From Convolutriloba macropyga (lineage: Eukaryota): a stretch of DNA of 64,000 nucleotides. The stretch lies in assembly GCF_964194025.1 (NCBI RefSeq), contig NC_134471.1:66588001-66652000 (forward strand). The letters run 5' to 3'. Positions 62,660-64,000 of this stretch are shown here, in pieces. Both the position numbers and the translations under genes were made by a program. The first letter of the stretch is position 1. Every line of letters begins with the position of its first letter. Under the pieces are notes generated by a model that saw only the letters and a program-made list of their open reading frames with translations, was not told the DNA's origin and did no database searches.

Positions 62660-63400
62660 TTCAGAGAAAGAACATTCACGTGAGCGGTTTGCAGAACAAA
62701 AAGTACCACCACCTGCCAGCAAGCGTGCTGCTTCATTCTTCTCGCCTGTTGTTCCTCGCTCTGAAACTCAGATGCCTATTGCTTCTAGGAATCGAGGGCT
62801 TACAAAACGGCCTGTGGGAAACTATTTTCCTGCGACGGTCGAGAGAACTACCATATAAAAGGAGGATTTTTTTTCCAAATTTTGAAATAATCCTTCGGAA
62901 AGCACAGGAGCTTTTGCGAACCTAGACTTTGCGGCATCGCAAACTAGATATCATATATTAACAAAGTAGTGGGCAAATAAATGGGATTGCAAAGAGATAT
63001 CAGTTGTTTCCCAGCCAGACTAGATATGATATCGAGAAACGAATGACGTCAAATTCAATCTGTAGCGCCAATTTTCTGCCAATATTTAAAAAAATGAACA
63101 CAATTTTGGCAAAATTTCCATCAGTTCTTTGAAGATTTTTGTCTCCAAATTTCTAAGACTTTGTGGCACTTCAATCAGAAAGAGAAACAATAAAATGAAC
63201 CGACTTTATTCGAAAATGGCTCTCAGATGTTTTCAGCATCGAACTTCTTTGTATGTCGACGAACAGATTGTTCATACCAAACACTGTTCAACCTACCTTT
63301 CATAAGTAGTCCTCTCAATTAGTCCAATGGAACGATAAAAGAAGACTAGAGTGAACGAGACCATATCATTAAATTCAGATGTATTCATAACCTCCGACTG
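62660..63400 (+). pseudogene. Decayed coding-like sequence, possibly a transposon accessory (BEN-like) gene
   Basis: An acceptor-like tttcag precedes KEHSRERFAEQKVPPPASKR...; later DFIRKWLSDVFSIELLCMST resembles BEN-domain helices. Multiple stops interrupt it. Confidence 0.25.
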
Positions 63401-64000
63401 CAACCAACGTCTGGAAACAAAAAGAGCAACAAACATCGAAAACTAAAAATGTTCCTGGATTTTAAAACTCGAGAAACTAGTTGGCGGTGAGATAACTTTG
63501 CAATCTTTTTATAAAAGAAAGTTAGCACCAACAGCTAATTATAAAAGAAAAATTTATTCCCATTGAAAATTTATCGCTAAATTGTCAAGTTAAACAAGCA
63601 AAAAAAAAATTAATTTGAGACAGTTGTGTGAAAAATGAAATGCAAGCTTTGAAAGCTTGCAAAATGAAAACAAATATGTTCATACTTTATATAAATCTCG
63701 ACAACCTTTAAAAAATCTGAAACACTAACAATTCTATGGAAGCAGTGATAAGCTCTCGGTATCATAACTTATCAATAAAGACCAAAGATTTTGGTCTCGA
63801 CTAAATAACGATCTTGGTTAGATCTTCTTTTTGTATCCTTTTGGTGCTGTAGTAATAAATGATAAATTAATACTTGAGTTGCATAGTTATCTAATCGTAC
63901 ATAAAAGCTTGGTGTGGTAATTTATGAAGTTATAAAAGTTGAATGGAAAAATTATTAGCTCTTTTTTTTCTTGTATAACCAAAGAGATCTTTTCAACAAT

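Overview
AT-rich, repeat-dense eukaryotic (probably invertebrate animal) genomic DNA with spliceosomal GT-AG introns and two assembly gaps. One host gene is supported: a minus-strand ABCA-family full transporter in five phase-compatible exons (34715-34535, 34074-33966, 23589-19844, 8420-8325, 1995-1811; about 1438 aa if the last exon ends at its in-frame stop). Both of its ATPase domains have degenerate Walker A, signature and H-loop motifs. Its introns and flanks hold a decayed Ty3/Gypsy element, a CR1/L2-type LINE, L1/Tx1-like relics and several non-autonomous CCC...GGG DNA transposons with 2-bp target duplications. The most unusual structure is a rearranged Bel/Pao LTR locus at 39005-51942: integrase-PPT-LTR-PBS, a 41-bp minisatellite, about 6 kb of 26-bp satellite, an inverted pol segment, a sense pol segment, PPT and LTR. 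The hinge of this ~1.6-kb fold-back holds a 29-nt copy of the mature CCA-bearing 3' end of the element's tRNA primer (tRNA-Tyr-like). That copy extends past position 58 and has a T where the m1A58 adenine is expected. Both LTRs also carry a tRNA/SINE-like A-box/B-box module. All analysis was by eye; no database searches were run.
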